The position numbers and the translations under genes were made by a program. Below the pieces are notes generated by a model. The model had not been told where the DNA came from and searched no databases. It saw only the letters and a list, made by a program, of their open reading frames with translations. Positions 25,147 to 34,036 of a stretch of 34,036 bases of DNA are shown here, piece after piece. The stretch covers positions 1-34,036 of the forward strand of contig JAVHPP010000110.1 in assembly GCA_036170655.1 (NCBI GenBank), given 5' to 3'. The stretch's first letter is position 1, and each line of letters begins with the position of its first letter. This stretch comes from Candidatus Zixiibacteriota bacterium (GTDB taxonomy: Bacteria; Zixibacteria; MSB-5A5; WJJR01).

Positions 25147-26691
25147 ATGAGATGCCGGCTCGTAAAGAATGCCCTCGCGGTCGTCTTTCTCTTCATTGCA
25201 ACCATTGCTCTGGCTGGGGGCAGCTATAACGAAGATGTGCCAACGGATTCGTGGGTTTACAACGCCGTGTTTGAATTGTCGTCGAGGGGGGCGTTCGGCG
25301 ATCTGCTGCTGCACACGCGCCCCTATTCACGCGGGGATGTTGCCGATGGCCTGCGCGCCATCGTGACCCGTGATTCAGTGCTGACAACCGGTGAGTGGAT
25401 TCTCGTGGAGAAGCTGCGTCGGGAGTTTGCTGAAGAGCTGTCCCTCGAAAAAGGTTTGAGAAGCGACACGAGTCAGTATGTCCGGTTGGGGGGAGGGCCC
25501 ACGGCGCGCAGTGACCAGAGTCGGCATGTCTACGCCAAGAATCGTGCCGGCCTTGACGCGATTGGGAGCTTTGGAGTTGGCAGGACGTTCGCTGCCCGCA
25601 TGCGTGTGCGTTTCGATACCGATGGTCGGCAGGACACCCAGTTCCACGGGGAGTACTGGAAACAGAAGTTCACCGCCTGGGTCGAGCAAGCCGTGATGAC
25701 CTTACGCTACCGTCGCGTCCGCGTCGCATTTGGCCGGGAGTATTGGCGCTGGGGGAGGTCGCCGAATGACGCCATGCTCATATCCGACCACGCACCACCG
25801 TTTGACGGGCTCCGTGTTGCCTATCGGGCGCCAACTTGGGCATTCTCTTTCTATGCCACTATGCTGGATTCGATGCGCGTCGTCTCGGGCAGCGCGAATC
25901 GTTATCTGGTCGGGCATCGTTTTGATTGGCGACCGCGACACAATCTGGAACTGGCGGTATCGGAAGTCATCGTCTATGGCGGTGTCGGCCGGCCGTGGGG
26001 ATGGATCTACCTGAACCCGGTCCTGCCCTATTACTGGGAGCAGTTGAACGGTCCACACACCAACGACAATCCGCTCTGGAACCTTGAGATCTCCTGGAGG
26101 CCGCGCCGCTGGCTGGAGTTGTACGGCGAATGGATGATTGACGATTTCCAGATCGATTTTGCCAGTGAGCCGCAGCAGATTGGCGTGCTGGCCGGTGTCG
26201 TCTGGTCCGGGGGACCGGGGGGACGGTTGTCGGTCAATGCGGAATACGAACGCATCAACACGTTCGTCTATGGTCAGGCGCTCCCTTACAATCGTTACTT
26301 CCACGACTACGATCTGAACAACAGACCCATCGGCATTGGCTCGAACTTGGGGACTGATGCGGACCGTCTGACGGTACGGCCTCTCTGGCACCAGTCGCGA
26401 CTACTCGATCTGAGAGCGGCGCTGGAATATGTCCGGCATGGAGTGAATCAGATCGACTCTGTGCAAGAAGTTGCTGTCCCCAAGGGCTTACAGTTCCCGT
26501 CGGGTGTCGTTGATCGCCACCTGACAATCGGCGTCGGAGGCCGCTTTCAGGCAGGCGGTAACCTTGTGTTCGATGTGCTGGCAGGGTACGAGCATCGCAC
26601 CAACATTGGGAATCAAAGAGGCGTTGATCAGCAGGGGGGCTTCCTGCAACTGCGATTTGTCGCCCTTATGTGGAAGACATTTGGGGTGTGA
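25147..26691 (+). CDS. Outer-membrane protein, capsule assembly Wzi-like family
   Basis: Signal peptide (NALAVVFLFIATIALA), RPYSR, FGREYWRWG...LISDHAPPFD, GHRFDW, LAVSEVIVYGG, YGEWMIDD; amphipathic beta-strands. Confidence 0.7.
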   Translation: MRCRLVKNALAVVFLFIATIALAGGSYNEDVPTDSWVYNAVFELSSRGAFGDLLLHTRPYSRGDVADGLRAIVTRDSVLTTGEWILVEKLRREFAEELSLEKGLRSDTSQYVRLGGGPTARSDQSRHVYAKNRAGLDAIGSFGVGRTFAARMRVRFDTDGRQDTQFHGEYWKQKFTAWVEQAVMTLRYRRVRVAFGREYWRWGRSPNDAMLISDHAPPFDGLRVAYRAPTWAFSFYATMLDSMRVVSGSANRYLVGHRFDWRPRHNLELAVSEVIVYGGVGRPWGWIYLNPVLPYYWEQLNGPHTNDNPLWNLEISWRPRRWLELYGEWMIDDFQIDFASEPQQIGVLAGVVWSGGPGGRLSVNAEYERINTFVYGQALPYNRYFHDYDLNNRPIGIGSNLGTDADRLTVRPLWHQSRLLDLRAALEYVRHGVNQIDSVQEVAVPKGLQFPSGVVDRHLTIGVGGRFQAGGNLVFDVLAGYEHRTNIGNQRGVDQQGGFLQLRFVALMWKTFGV

Positions 26692-26692
26692 C

Positions 26693-27598
26693 ATGGGGCG
26701 TGTCTGTTGCGAGGTCATGGCCCCGGCCAAGATCAACCTTGGGTTGCAGGTCATTGGCCGGCGTCCGGACGGGTACCACGATATTCTGACGACATTCGTC
26801 GCCATCAACCTCTACGATCACCTCATTTTCACTCGTCGCATAGCGGGCGGTGTATCGCTTGAAGCCGTGAATCCGGATCGTGACCGGGGGGGGACGCAAG
26901 GCTTCCCCATCGGCGAAGACAACCTCATCATGCGCGCTGTGAGGCTGGTCGAACGGGAAACGGAGCTGCATGCCGACCTTTTGATTTCCGTGCGGAAACA
27001 AATACCAATTGCCGCCGGGCTGGGCGGGGGATCGTCTGATGCTGCAGCAACCCTTCTCGGGCTGAAGCACCTCTACGACCTGCCGGTGTCCGAGCGGAAG
27101 TTGGCAGACTGGGCTGTCCGTTTGGGGTCGGACGTGCCGTTTTTCTTGAATTCATGGGCAGCGGAGGGACGGGGACGGGGTGAAAAGTTGCGGCCGATCC
27201 GGCTTTTTCGGGACTGGTGGGTCCTCATGGTCACCCCCCGCATTTTTTTGTCTGCCAAGGATGTCTACGAGGGATTGGACTTGACTTACGGAGCTGGGGC
27301 GGCTGATTTTAGTGGTTGCCGCGACAGGGGTAGCTTCCTTGCCGCCCTCCGCCGAGCCCACAATGATCTGGAATCAGTGGTGATTCGCCGGATACCAGAA
27401 GTACAACAGTGGCGGGACAGGTTGCGAAAAATTGGCGCGGAGAATGTCTTTGTATCTGGGAGCGGCCCAACGGCTTTTGGCGTGTTCTTGAACAGGCCGA
27501 CCGAGGGGGCTGTACAATTGTTGCGCAAAGCGGGAATGTTGTCGCAGGTTATCATGGCTCGCCCCGTCGACACTCCCACTGCGCTGGTGGTTCTATAG
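26693..27598 (+). CDS. ispE: 4-diphosphocytidyl-2-C-methyl-D-erythritol kinase
   Basis: APAKINLGL, RPDGYH, KQIPIAAGLGGGSSDAAA, LGSDVPFF, NDLE, SGSGPT. Confidence 0.95.
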   Translation: MGRVCCEVMAPAKINLGLQVIGRRPDGYHDILTTFVAINLYDHLIFTRRIAGGVSLEAVNPDRDRGGTQGFPIGEDNLIMRAVRLVERETELHADLLISVRKQIPIAAGLGGGSSDAAATLLGLKHLYDLPVSERKLADWAVRLGSDVPFFLNSWAAEGRGRGEKLRPIRLFRDWWVLMVTPRIFLSAKDVYEGLDLTYGAGAADFSGCRDRGSFLAALRRAHNDLESVVIRRIPEVQQWRDRLRKIGAENVFVSGSGPTAFGVFLNRPTEGAVQLLRKAGMLSQVIMARPVDTPTALVVL

Positions 27599-27662
27599 GT
27601 CGTCACCGCGAAACGGACAGTTGGCTCATGATGGCAGTGTCGTCGATCGGGAGGAGCGGCCA

Positions 27663-28040
27663 GTGGAAATCACTGAAGTGCGGATCACGCTGCGGAACGA
27701 AGACAAGTTGAAGGCGTTCGCCAATGTCACGTTCGATGGTGAGTTTGTCATTCGGGGGTTGAAGGTCATTAATGGAAACAGCGGATATTTCGTCTCGATG
27801 CCCTCAAGGAAGCGCAACGACGGCACACATCAGGATATCGCCCATCCGATCAATAACCGTATGCGCCAAAGGATCGAAGATGCGGTGCTCTCCGCGTATG
27901 AGAGTGAACTAAAAGCGGCCGCGAGTCGTCCGGCAGGGGACCGTGGGTTGCCCGGAGGCAGTGCCGCGTCCGACCAGAACGAGACGAAGGAATCCAGCAC
28001 GAGCGAGACGACTGCCTCGCCATCCCCGACGTCGGGCTAA
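27663..28040 (+). CDS. spoVG: SpoVG family nucleic-acid-binding protein
   Basis: MEITEVRI...KLKAFANVTFD...FVIRGLKVI...FVSMPSRK...DIAHPIN. GGAGG SD before GTG 27663. Confidence 0.93.
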   Translation: MEITEVRITLRNEDKLKAFANVTFDGEFVIRGLKVINGNSGYFVSMPSRKRNDGTHQDIAHPINNRMRQRIEDAVLSAYESELKAAASRPAGDRGLPGGSAASDQNETKESSTSETTASPSPTSG

Positions 28041-28223
28041 CCCCGCAGGTTGGCGGGGGGATTCCCCAGGCACGAGAACGGGGTTCCACGTGTTCCCCAT
28101 GGCGAAAACTGACGCTTGTTAGAGAGCGGATGTCGTAGGGATGGCAGACGGACTGAGACAAGACCAGGGCAAATGAGCGGGAGCATCAATCATCGATTGT
28201 CGAATCAGCGAGGCGCTTTCGAC

Positions 28224-28298
28224 TGGGGCGTCGTCAAGCGGTAAGACACGGGCCTTTGGAGCCCGCATTCCCAGGTTCGAATCCTGGCGCCCCAGCCA
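28224..28298 (+). tRNA. tRNA-Gln (anticodon TTG)
   Basis: TGGGGCG/CGCCCCA acceptor stem, D-arm GTCAAGCGGTAAGAC, anticodon arm CGGGC-CTTTGGA-GCCCG, T-arm CCAGG-TTCGAAT-CCTGG, encoded CCA; usual position before prs. Confidence 0.97.
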
Positions 28299-28337
28299 GG
28301 ATCAGATCACGGTTCGGACCGGCGGACAAGAACAACT

Positions 28338-29360
28338 ATGAGTAATCATCTCAAGATCATTTCTGGCAATGCCAACCGTCCGCTGGCGCAGAAGATCGCC
28401 AACCACTTGGGGCGGCCCTTGGCCGCTTGCACCGTGAGGCAGTTTTCCGATGGCGAGGTTTTTGTTCAGATCGACGAGAATGTGCGCGGATCGGACCTGT
28501 TCATCATCCAGTCCACGAATACACCAGCGGAGAACATCGTCGAGCTTCTGATGATGATCGAGGCCGCCCGCCGCGCATCGGCGCGGCGCATCACGGCCGT
28601 AATTCCCTACTATGGTTATGCCCGGGCGGATCGCAAGGATCAGCCGCGTGTCTCCATCACCGCCCGTCTGATCGCAAACCTGATCACGACAGCGGGCGCG
28701 GATCGTGTGCTGACCATGGATCTTCACGCCTCGCAGATTCAGGGATTCTTTGATATCCCCTCCGATCATTTGTATTCGTCCATCGTTTTCAACGAATTTT
28801 TTCTGAAGTTGGGGGTAAAAAACCCTGTGGTCGTGACCCCGGATGTGGGATCGATCAAGATGGCGCGGGCGTTCGCCAAGACCCTGTCCTGCGGACTCGC
28901 GATCATCGACAAACGGCGCCCGCAGCCAAACCGCGCGGAGGTTCTCAACATCATCGGCTCCGTAGAAGGCAAGACGGTCATTCTCCGGGATGACATGGTT
29001 GATACGGGCGGCACGCTGACAGAGGCAGCCCAGGCGGTGAAGGATGGCGGGGCGCTTTGTGTGTACGCGTGCTGCACTCATCCCGTGCTTTCGGGGAGGG
29101 CGCTTGAGCGCATCGCCCATTCGCCGATCAAACGTCTGGTGGTCGCCGACACGATCGATTTGAGCGCGCGCGATCTGCCCGACAAGGTCGAGGTCGTGAC
29201 AACAGCGCCCCTGTTTGCGGAAGCCATCGGGCGCATCACGCACGAGGAATCAATTTCGGAATTGTTCGATTCGCTCCCCGGCCCGGCCGAAGAGACCCCC
29301 GACGTGTCCGAACGTCTGCTGGAAACGGACCGGAGCGACAGGACCCACCGCGGGGCGTGA
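28338..29360 (+). CDS. prs: Ribose-phosphate pyrophosphokinase
   Basis: FSDGE, ENVRG, PYYGYARADRK, DLHASQIQGFF, PDVG, DDMVDTGGTL. Confidence 0.97.
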   Translation: MSNHLKIISGNANRPLAQKIANHLGRPLAACTVRQFSDGEVFVQIDENVRGSDLFIIQSTNTPAENIVELLMMIEAARRASARRITAVIPYYGYARADRKDQPRVSITARLIANLITTAGADRVLTMDLHASQIQGFFDIPSDHLYSSIVFNEFFLKLGVKNPVVVTPDVGSIKMARAFAKTLSCGLAIIDKRRPQPNRAEVLNIIGSVEGKTVILRDDMVDTGGTLTEAAQAVKDGGALCVYACCTHPVLSGRALERIAHSPIKRLVVADTIDLSARDLPDKVEVVTTAPLFAEAIGRITHEESISELFDSLPGPAEETPDVSERLLETDRSDRTHRGA

Positions 29361-29432
29361 TCGGGAACTGTCTGGGGAAGAATCGCGACCCCGGAGGACC
29401 CGCTGCCCTGACGACAGAAGGAGAAAGACCTC

Positions 29433-30221
29433 ATGAAAGCTGTACCGCTCACTGTCTACAAACGCGAGGAGACCGGGAAAGGGGCGGCCCGCAAGTTGCG
29501 CGCCACAGGCACCATTCCCGGGGTACTCTATGGTGAGCATGAGCCGCCGGTTCCTCTGCGTTTGAATCAGCATGAAATCACGACGATTCTGCAGAAGTCG
29601 ACCTCCGAGCACATTCTCATCGACTTGAACATCGCCGACAACGGCGGCGGGACGATGATGGCGCTGGTCCGTGACGTCCAGCACGATCCGATCACCGAAG
29701 CCATCCTGCATGTCGACTTTCTGCACATCTCGCCGGTCCGCAAGATCCGCGTCACCGTGCCCGTGCGTCTCAGGGGAATCCCTGACGGCGTGAAAAACTT
29801 TGGCGGTATCCTGCAGCACATTACCCGCGTGCTCGAAATCGAATCGGTGCCGGCAGATATCCCGGATCTGATTGATGTCGATGTTTCGGGCATCGGCATC
29901 AGCGACAGCATCCATGTCCGCGACGTCCAGCTCGATCGTATTACCGTGCTGACGCCATCCGACCGCACGATCGCGTCCGTTGTTCCGCCCACCGTGATCA
30001 AAGAAGTCGTGCCGGTCGCAGAGGCGGCGGCCGTGGTCGAAAGCGCTGCGGGAGCGCCGGAAGTCATCACGGAGAAGAAGGAAACCGAGGAAGAAGCCGA
30101 AGGCGCCGACGAAAAGAAGGGCAAGAAGGACAAGGACAAAGACAAGGACAAGAAAGACAAAGACAAGAAAGACAAAGACAAGGACAAGAAAGACAAAGGC
30201 AAGAAAGACAAGGGAAAGTAG
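29433..30221 (+). CDS. rplY: 50S ribosomal protein bL25/Ctc (long form)
   Basis: GKGAARKLR..G.IPGVLYG, DVQHDP..ILHVDF, G...GGILQ, C-terminal beta domain and charged tail; follows prs. Confidence 0.95.
   Translation: MKAVPLTVYKREETGKGAARKLRATGTIPGVLYGEHEPPVPLRLNQHEITTILQKSTSEHILIDLNIADNGGGTMMALVRDVQHDPITEAILHVDFLHISPVRKIRVTVPVRLRGIPDGVKNFGGILQHITRVLEIESVPADIPDLIDVDVSGIGISDSIHVRDVQLDRITVLTPSDRTIASVVPPTVIKEVVPVAEAAAVVESAAGAPEVITEKKETEEEAEGADEKKGKKDKDKDKDKKDKDKKDKDKDKKDKGKKDKGK
30114..30218 (+). repeat. Low-complexity (GAC AAR)n repeat encoding a Lys/Asp tail of bL25
   Basis: 35 codons encoding only K (21), D (11) and G (3). Confidence 0.9.
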
Positions 30222-30252
30222 CCGGCCATTTGTTGTCACGCGGTCTGCGATC

Positions 30253-30292
30253 AAGGCTGGAAACCACGTGCTGGTTCTCCAGCCTTTGTGTT
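30253..30292 (+). terminator. Probable terminator closing the prs-rplY operon
   Basis: AAGGCTGGA-AACCA-cgtgc-TGGTT-c-TCCAGCCTT followed by TGTGTT. Confidence 0.65.
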
Positions 30293-30408
30293 GGCGCGGG
30301 TTGGAGATGAATGATCCCACAGCGTGAGTCCGGCTTCCGGAAGCGCGCCGCTCCGCACGAGGAGCATCAGCGTATTGCTTACGTGAGAGAGATTCAGGGC
30401 CGATCCCG

Positions 30409-31413
30409 ATGAAACTCCGCACCATCGCACGCATGCTCTGGACGTTGCGGGATCCTTACCGGCCCGTGCTGGCGCAGATTGTGGTCACTCGCCGGTGCAA
30501 CCTCAGTTGCGGGTACTGCAACGAGTACGATAAGGTCTCCACTCCGGTCGAGACAGCGCTCCTGAAGCGATACATCGACCACCTCGCGGGCTTGGGGACG
30601 GGTATCATCACTTTCACGGGTGGCGAAACGCTTCTCCATCCCGACCTCGACGAGATCATCGCGTACGTGGTCTCGCAACACATAGTATGCACATCGATCA
30701 CCAATGGCTTTCTTCTCTCAGCAGACTGGATTGAAAAGATGAATCGGTCCGGGCTGGAGCTGCTTCAGGTTTCCATCGACAATCTCGACCCCGATGAGAC
30801 ATCACAGAAATCCTTCAACCTGCTGAAGAAAAAGCTCCTGTTGCTCAAACAACACGCCCGCTTCAAGATCAATATCAATGCGGTGCTTGGTTCCGTCGCG
30901 CCGGACCAAACAAGAACACTGGTGAAGGAAATCCAATCACTGGGATTCTTTATGACTGTCAACCTGTTGCATGACGATGGTGGATTGCTGAATCGCGGAC
31001 TGCTCGAACAACAGGACCTGAAGGCCCTGTTCTCGGAGATTCAGAGCCACCGCCGGCGCTCGTTCACCCATCGTTTTGGCGAGGGGTGGGAGTATGAGAT
31101 GATCCGAACCGGCCGCAGCGACTGGAAATGCCGGGCCGGCGCGCGGTATCTTTATGTTGATGAAAATGGTATTGTTTCTTATTGTAGTCAGCGGCGCGGC
31201 GAGCCCGGCATTCCCTTGCTTGAATACGGCCGGACGGAGACGCAACGATACTTTGTCGAACGGAAGGGTTGTGAGCCGCAGTGCACCATCTCCTGCGTCC
31301 GCCGGGCGTCGGCTCTGGATCGTTTCCGGTTTCAGGAGAAGGCAGTCATTCCGCCTCAACCGGCGCCGGGGTGCGCGGCCCCTTGCGAGTGCGCGACGAG
31401 TTCACAGCCGTAG
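30409..31413 (+). CDS. Radical SAM protein with C-terminal Cys-rich (SPASM/twitch-like) domain
   Basis: CNLSCGYC (CxxxCxxC), TGGE, ITNG, QVSID; C-terminal CRAG...VDENG...YC...CEPQCTISC. Confidence 0.88.
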   Translation: MKLRTIARMLWTLRDPYRPVLAQIVVTRRCNLSCGYCNEYDKVSTPVETALLKRYIDHLAGLGTGIITFTGGETLLHPDLDEIIAYVVSQHIVCTSITNGFLLSADWIEKMNRSGLELLQVSIDNLDPDETSQKSFNLLKKKLLLLKQHARFKININAVLGSVAPDQTRTLVKEIQSLGFFMTVNLLHDDGGLLNRGLLEQQDLKALFSEIQSHRRRSFTHRFGEGWEYEMIRTGRSDWKCRAGARYLYVDENGIVSYCSQRRGEPGIPLLEYGRTETQRYFVERKGCEPQCTISCVRRASALDRFRFQEKAVIPPQPAPGCAAPCECATSSQP

Positions 31414-31479
31414 TATTCGTACTTTGTGCTGAAGCCCGTGTGGCTGCGCGGCCGGCAGCGGGGACTAACGGAACCTGAG

Positions 31480-32916
31480 ATGTACAGCCGGTGCATTGTG
31501 CTGATCAGCGACGGCGCCCGTCCGGACGTCATGAAGCGGCTGCTTGACGCCGGTGAGTTGCCGCAGTTCAAGAAGCACATTGTTGACCGCGGGTGTTTCC
31601 GGACCGCACTCAGTGTGTTCCCCAGCACGACCGGGCCGGCGCATATCCCATTCATCACGGGTCTTCATCCCGGCACAGCCAACGTGCCGGGATATCGATG
31701 GCTCTCGCGCACCGCGTGTGATGCAGGACCAGCGGGCGACGGTCGGCACCGTTCCTACAACGGGCCGTCGGGTATCCGGTTCGCGCGGGATCTCGATCCG
31801 GAGGTTGTCGGGACACTCTTCGAGCATTTCCGGAATCCCACCAGCATTTTTGAACCGGTTGATCTCTGCCGTGAGTCCCGGCTGTACCGTCTGGTCTGGC
31901 GGCGCATGTTTTACACGATCCGCGCCCATTACACGCACAACTGGCGTCCCGTTGATGATCTCGTGGAACGGACCATTCTCCACCGTCTTAATGCAGGCAG
32001 CGACTGCATTGTTGCCACTTTCTTAGGAGTTGACGAGTATTCGCATCTTGTCAGCCCATTCAGCGAGGAAACCGTTCTCGCTTACAAGGCGTTCGACCGG
32101 GCAATCGGACGAATTGCGGAGGTGTTGCACCGTCTGAGTATCTACGATGAGACCGTGCTCGCGGTCGTTTCGGATCACGGTTTGACTCCCACACAGGTGC
32201 ACATCCCGCTGGCTCAACTGGTCGAGGATGGCGGCTTGAGGCCGCTTTACTATCCCAAAACCTGGAGACGCAACATTGGTTCGGCGGTCATGGAGAGCGG
32301 CAATGCCATGGCGCATATCTACTTCCGCCGGGACGGCTGTTGGGGTGATCACTGGACCTACGGCGAGATGATTCGCGACGGGGCCGTTTCCGAGTTGATC
32401 TGCCGCCTGAAAGAATGTCCCGGAGTGTCGTTCATCGGGTGCCGGACAGATACAAACAGCGTTATGCTGGCTGATTCACAAGGAGCCATACACTCGCGGG
32501 CGGAGAATGGGACATACGCCATCGAAGTATCCGGCACCGGCGTTTTGACGGGGCATCCGACGGGAACATGGACTGCGTGTGATCTGCTCGATAAGACCTT
32601 CGATGATATGTACCCGGATGCCGTCAATCAGCTTCACAAGCTTCTGGCGTCACCGCGCTCCGGGGATCTTGTGATCTCCACCGATCCGGGATACGACCTG
32701 CGGCTCAAGCACGAGTGGCCGGAGCACAAAGGCTCGCATGGATCGCTCCACCGTGAGCACATGCATGTGCCCTTTGCGCTCAGCGTTCCCGTCGAAGACG
32801 GCAGGACGCGTACGGCGGATATGTACCCCACACTGCTGAATCTCCTGGACAAACACCCGCATCGTCCGGTCGAAGGGCGTGTGCTGGAGCCGCTTGAGGC
32901 AGTGCCTGCCTATTGA
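31480..32916 (+). CDS. Alkaline phosphatase superfamily protein (type I phosphodiesterase/nucleotide pyrophosphatase-like)
   Basis: ISDG, SVFPSTT (Thr nucleophile), DEYSH, VSDHG, HGSL metal-ligand motifs; no signal peptide. Start set to ATG 31480. Confidence 0.85.
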   Translation: MYSRCIVLISDGARPDVMKRLLDAGELPQFKKHIVDRGCFRTALSVFPSTTGPAHIPFITGLHPGTANVPGYRWLSRTACDAGPAGDGRHRSYNGPSGIRFARDLDPEVVGTLFEHFRNPTSIFEPVDLCRESRLYRLVWRRMFYTIRAHYTHNWRPVDDLVERTILHRLNAGSDCIVATFLGVDEYSHLVSPFSEETVLAYKAFDRAIGRIAEVLHRLSIYDETVLAVVSDHGLTPTQVHIPLAQLVEDGGLRPLYYPKTWRRNIGSAVMESGNAMAHIYFRRDGCWGDHWTYGEMIRDGAVSELICRLKECPGVSFIGCRTDTNSVMLADSQGAIHSRAENGTYAIEVSGTGVLTGHPTGTWTACDLLDKTFDDMYPDAVNQLHKLLASPRSGDLVISTDPGYDLRLKHEWPEHKGSHGSLHREHMHVPFALSVPVEDGRTRTADMYPTLLNLLDKHPHRPVEGRVLEPLEAVPAY

Positions 32917-33220
32917 CCACTGCCGCGCGAGGCGCGGGGTCGGCTAATTCCGCATGTCAGGATTTGCAGGGGCGAGCCGGTAGGTCGCCTTCTTCTCACG
33001 CTGTCAGGTGGCACCATAGCAGGTTCGCGCTGCCGGTGCGTAGAAAGGCGACCCCACGCTACAAGGGCATGCACACCGATTCCGGCGTGGCGCTTGACCG
33101 TCCGGGGATCGCCCAGGCGGACTGTAGGCAAAGGAAATGGCCCAAAGCGTCGATATGATATGAGAAGGTATTACGAGAGACGCGGCTCGCTTGAGCACGA
33201 CGAGTCGAGTGCGGATTGCT

Positions 33221-34036
33221 ATGACCCAGACGCCCCACCCACGAATTGGCGACCTGATCCTAGCGCGCGGCCTGATCACGACAGATGAGCTGCGGGCCGC
33301 GATGAAAGAGCAGAAAACCACGGGGCGCCGCCTTGGCGAAATCTTGGTGGCGGCGGGGAAGATCACACCAGCCGATCTCGTCGATGCCCTCAGTGAACGG
33401 TTGGGGATTCCCAAGATGACGATCAAGGGGATCGTCGCCGATCCGGAAATCGTCAACATCATCCCGCTCCCGATCGCCAGGAAACACAAGCTGATCGCGC
33501 TCCTTCGCATTCATGACCGGCTGGTCGTGGCGATGGCCGACCCGCTGGACATGGTGGCCTTCGATGAAGTGCGCTTCAAGACCGGCCTGATGATCAACCG
33601 GGTCATCGCCACACCGGAGGACATTGAAGCCGCCATTGCTCAATTCTACAACGTCGCCGACAACGTTGAACAAGTCGTTGGCAACATCCCGGCAACGCCG
33701 CAGGGAGCCACCGTGGCATCCACCGGTGAGGAAGCACCCGTTGTGCGTCTGGTTGAGGTCCTCCTGACCGAGGCCATTAAACAGAAGGCATCCGATCTCC
33801 ACATCGAGCCGGACCTGAATCTTCTGCGTGTGCGCTTTCGCGTCGACGGAATTTTGCGGGAGGAAGCCCAGCCCCCGGCGCACATGCACGTGCCGGTGGT
33901 GGCGCGTATCAAGGTCCTTGCGGGCATGGACGTTTCGGAAAAGCGCCTCCCGCAGGATGGGCGGTTCAGCATGGAGGCCGCCGGTCGCAGTGTGGACCTG
34001 CGTGTCTCGACCCTGCCGACGGTTCACGGCGAGAAG
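33221..34036 (+). CDS. GspE/PilB-family secretion/type IV pilus ATPase with N-terminal MshEN domain (truncated by window end; absent from ORF track)
   Basis: Manual translation from ATG 33221: MTQTPHPRIGDLILARGLITTDELRAAMKEQKTTGRRLGEILVAAGKIT...VAMADPLD...APVVRLV...ASDLHIEP...RFRVDGIL...RIKVLAGMDVSEKRLPQDGRF...DLRVSTLPTVHGEK. Confidence 0.93.
   Translation, partial: MTQTPHPRIGDLILARGLITTDELRAAMKEQKTTGRRLGEILVAAGKITPADLVDALSERLGIPKMTIKGIVADPEIVNIIPLPIARKHKLIALLRIHDRLVVAMADPLDMVAFDEVRFKTGLMINRVIATPEDIEAAIAQFYNVADNVEQVVGNIPATPQGATVASTGEEAPVVRLVEVLLTEAIKQKASDLHIEPDLNLLRVRFRVDGILREEAQPPAHMHVPVVARIKVLAGMDVSEKRLPQDGRFSMEAAGRSVDLRVSTLPTVHGEK

Noticed and set aside
28299..28337. Integration site at the tRNA-Gln 3' end
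   Set aside because: prs follows within 40 nt and no duplicated tRNA 3' end was noticed elsewhere in the window.
30114..30218. CRISPR array or non-coding tandem repeat
   Set aside because: The repeats are in-frame codons inside rplY with no spacers. No CRISPR array, cas, transposase or integrase gene was seen in the window.
33126..33183. c-di-GMP-I riboswitch-like words GGCAAA..GAAA..GGCCCAAAGC upstream of the ATPase
   Set aside because: There is no stem to carry the GAAA tetraloop and no tetraloop-receptor helix; likely coincidence.

Overview
Bacterial chromosomal window, GC-rich (roughly 60% by eye), from a diderm organism: it encodes LspA, lipoproteins, a Wzi-like outer-membrane protein, SpoVG and a type-2 IleRS. 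An FCB-related candidate lineage is plausible, but that is inference only. Two housekeeping blocks (ileS-dksA-lspA-rluA family; ispE-spoVG-tRNA-Gln-prs-rplY) and lepA are interleaved with accessory genes. These are a minus-strand run of enzymes and a transporter, two divergent lipoprotein proteases (S1-like and S8), an EF-hand/HEAT/HD-GYP cluster, a radical SAM + alkaline-phosphatase-superfamily pair, and a truncated MshEN-bearing GspE/PilB ATPase. No CRISPR array, rRNA or mobile element was seen. Three observations stand out. (1) An unannotated Ile-rich leader peptide (MTTAQIIRRIIGP) with mutually exclusive antiterminator/terminator helices lies upstream of ileS, a candidate ribosome-mediated attenuator that may also control dksA and lspA. 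(2) A small standalone gene looks like a free copy of the pro-domain of the neighbouring serine protease, a candidate cognate inhibitor or chaperone. (3) IleRS carries a GIHH signature in place of HIGH. All calls come from manual motif reading; no database searches were run.
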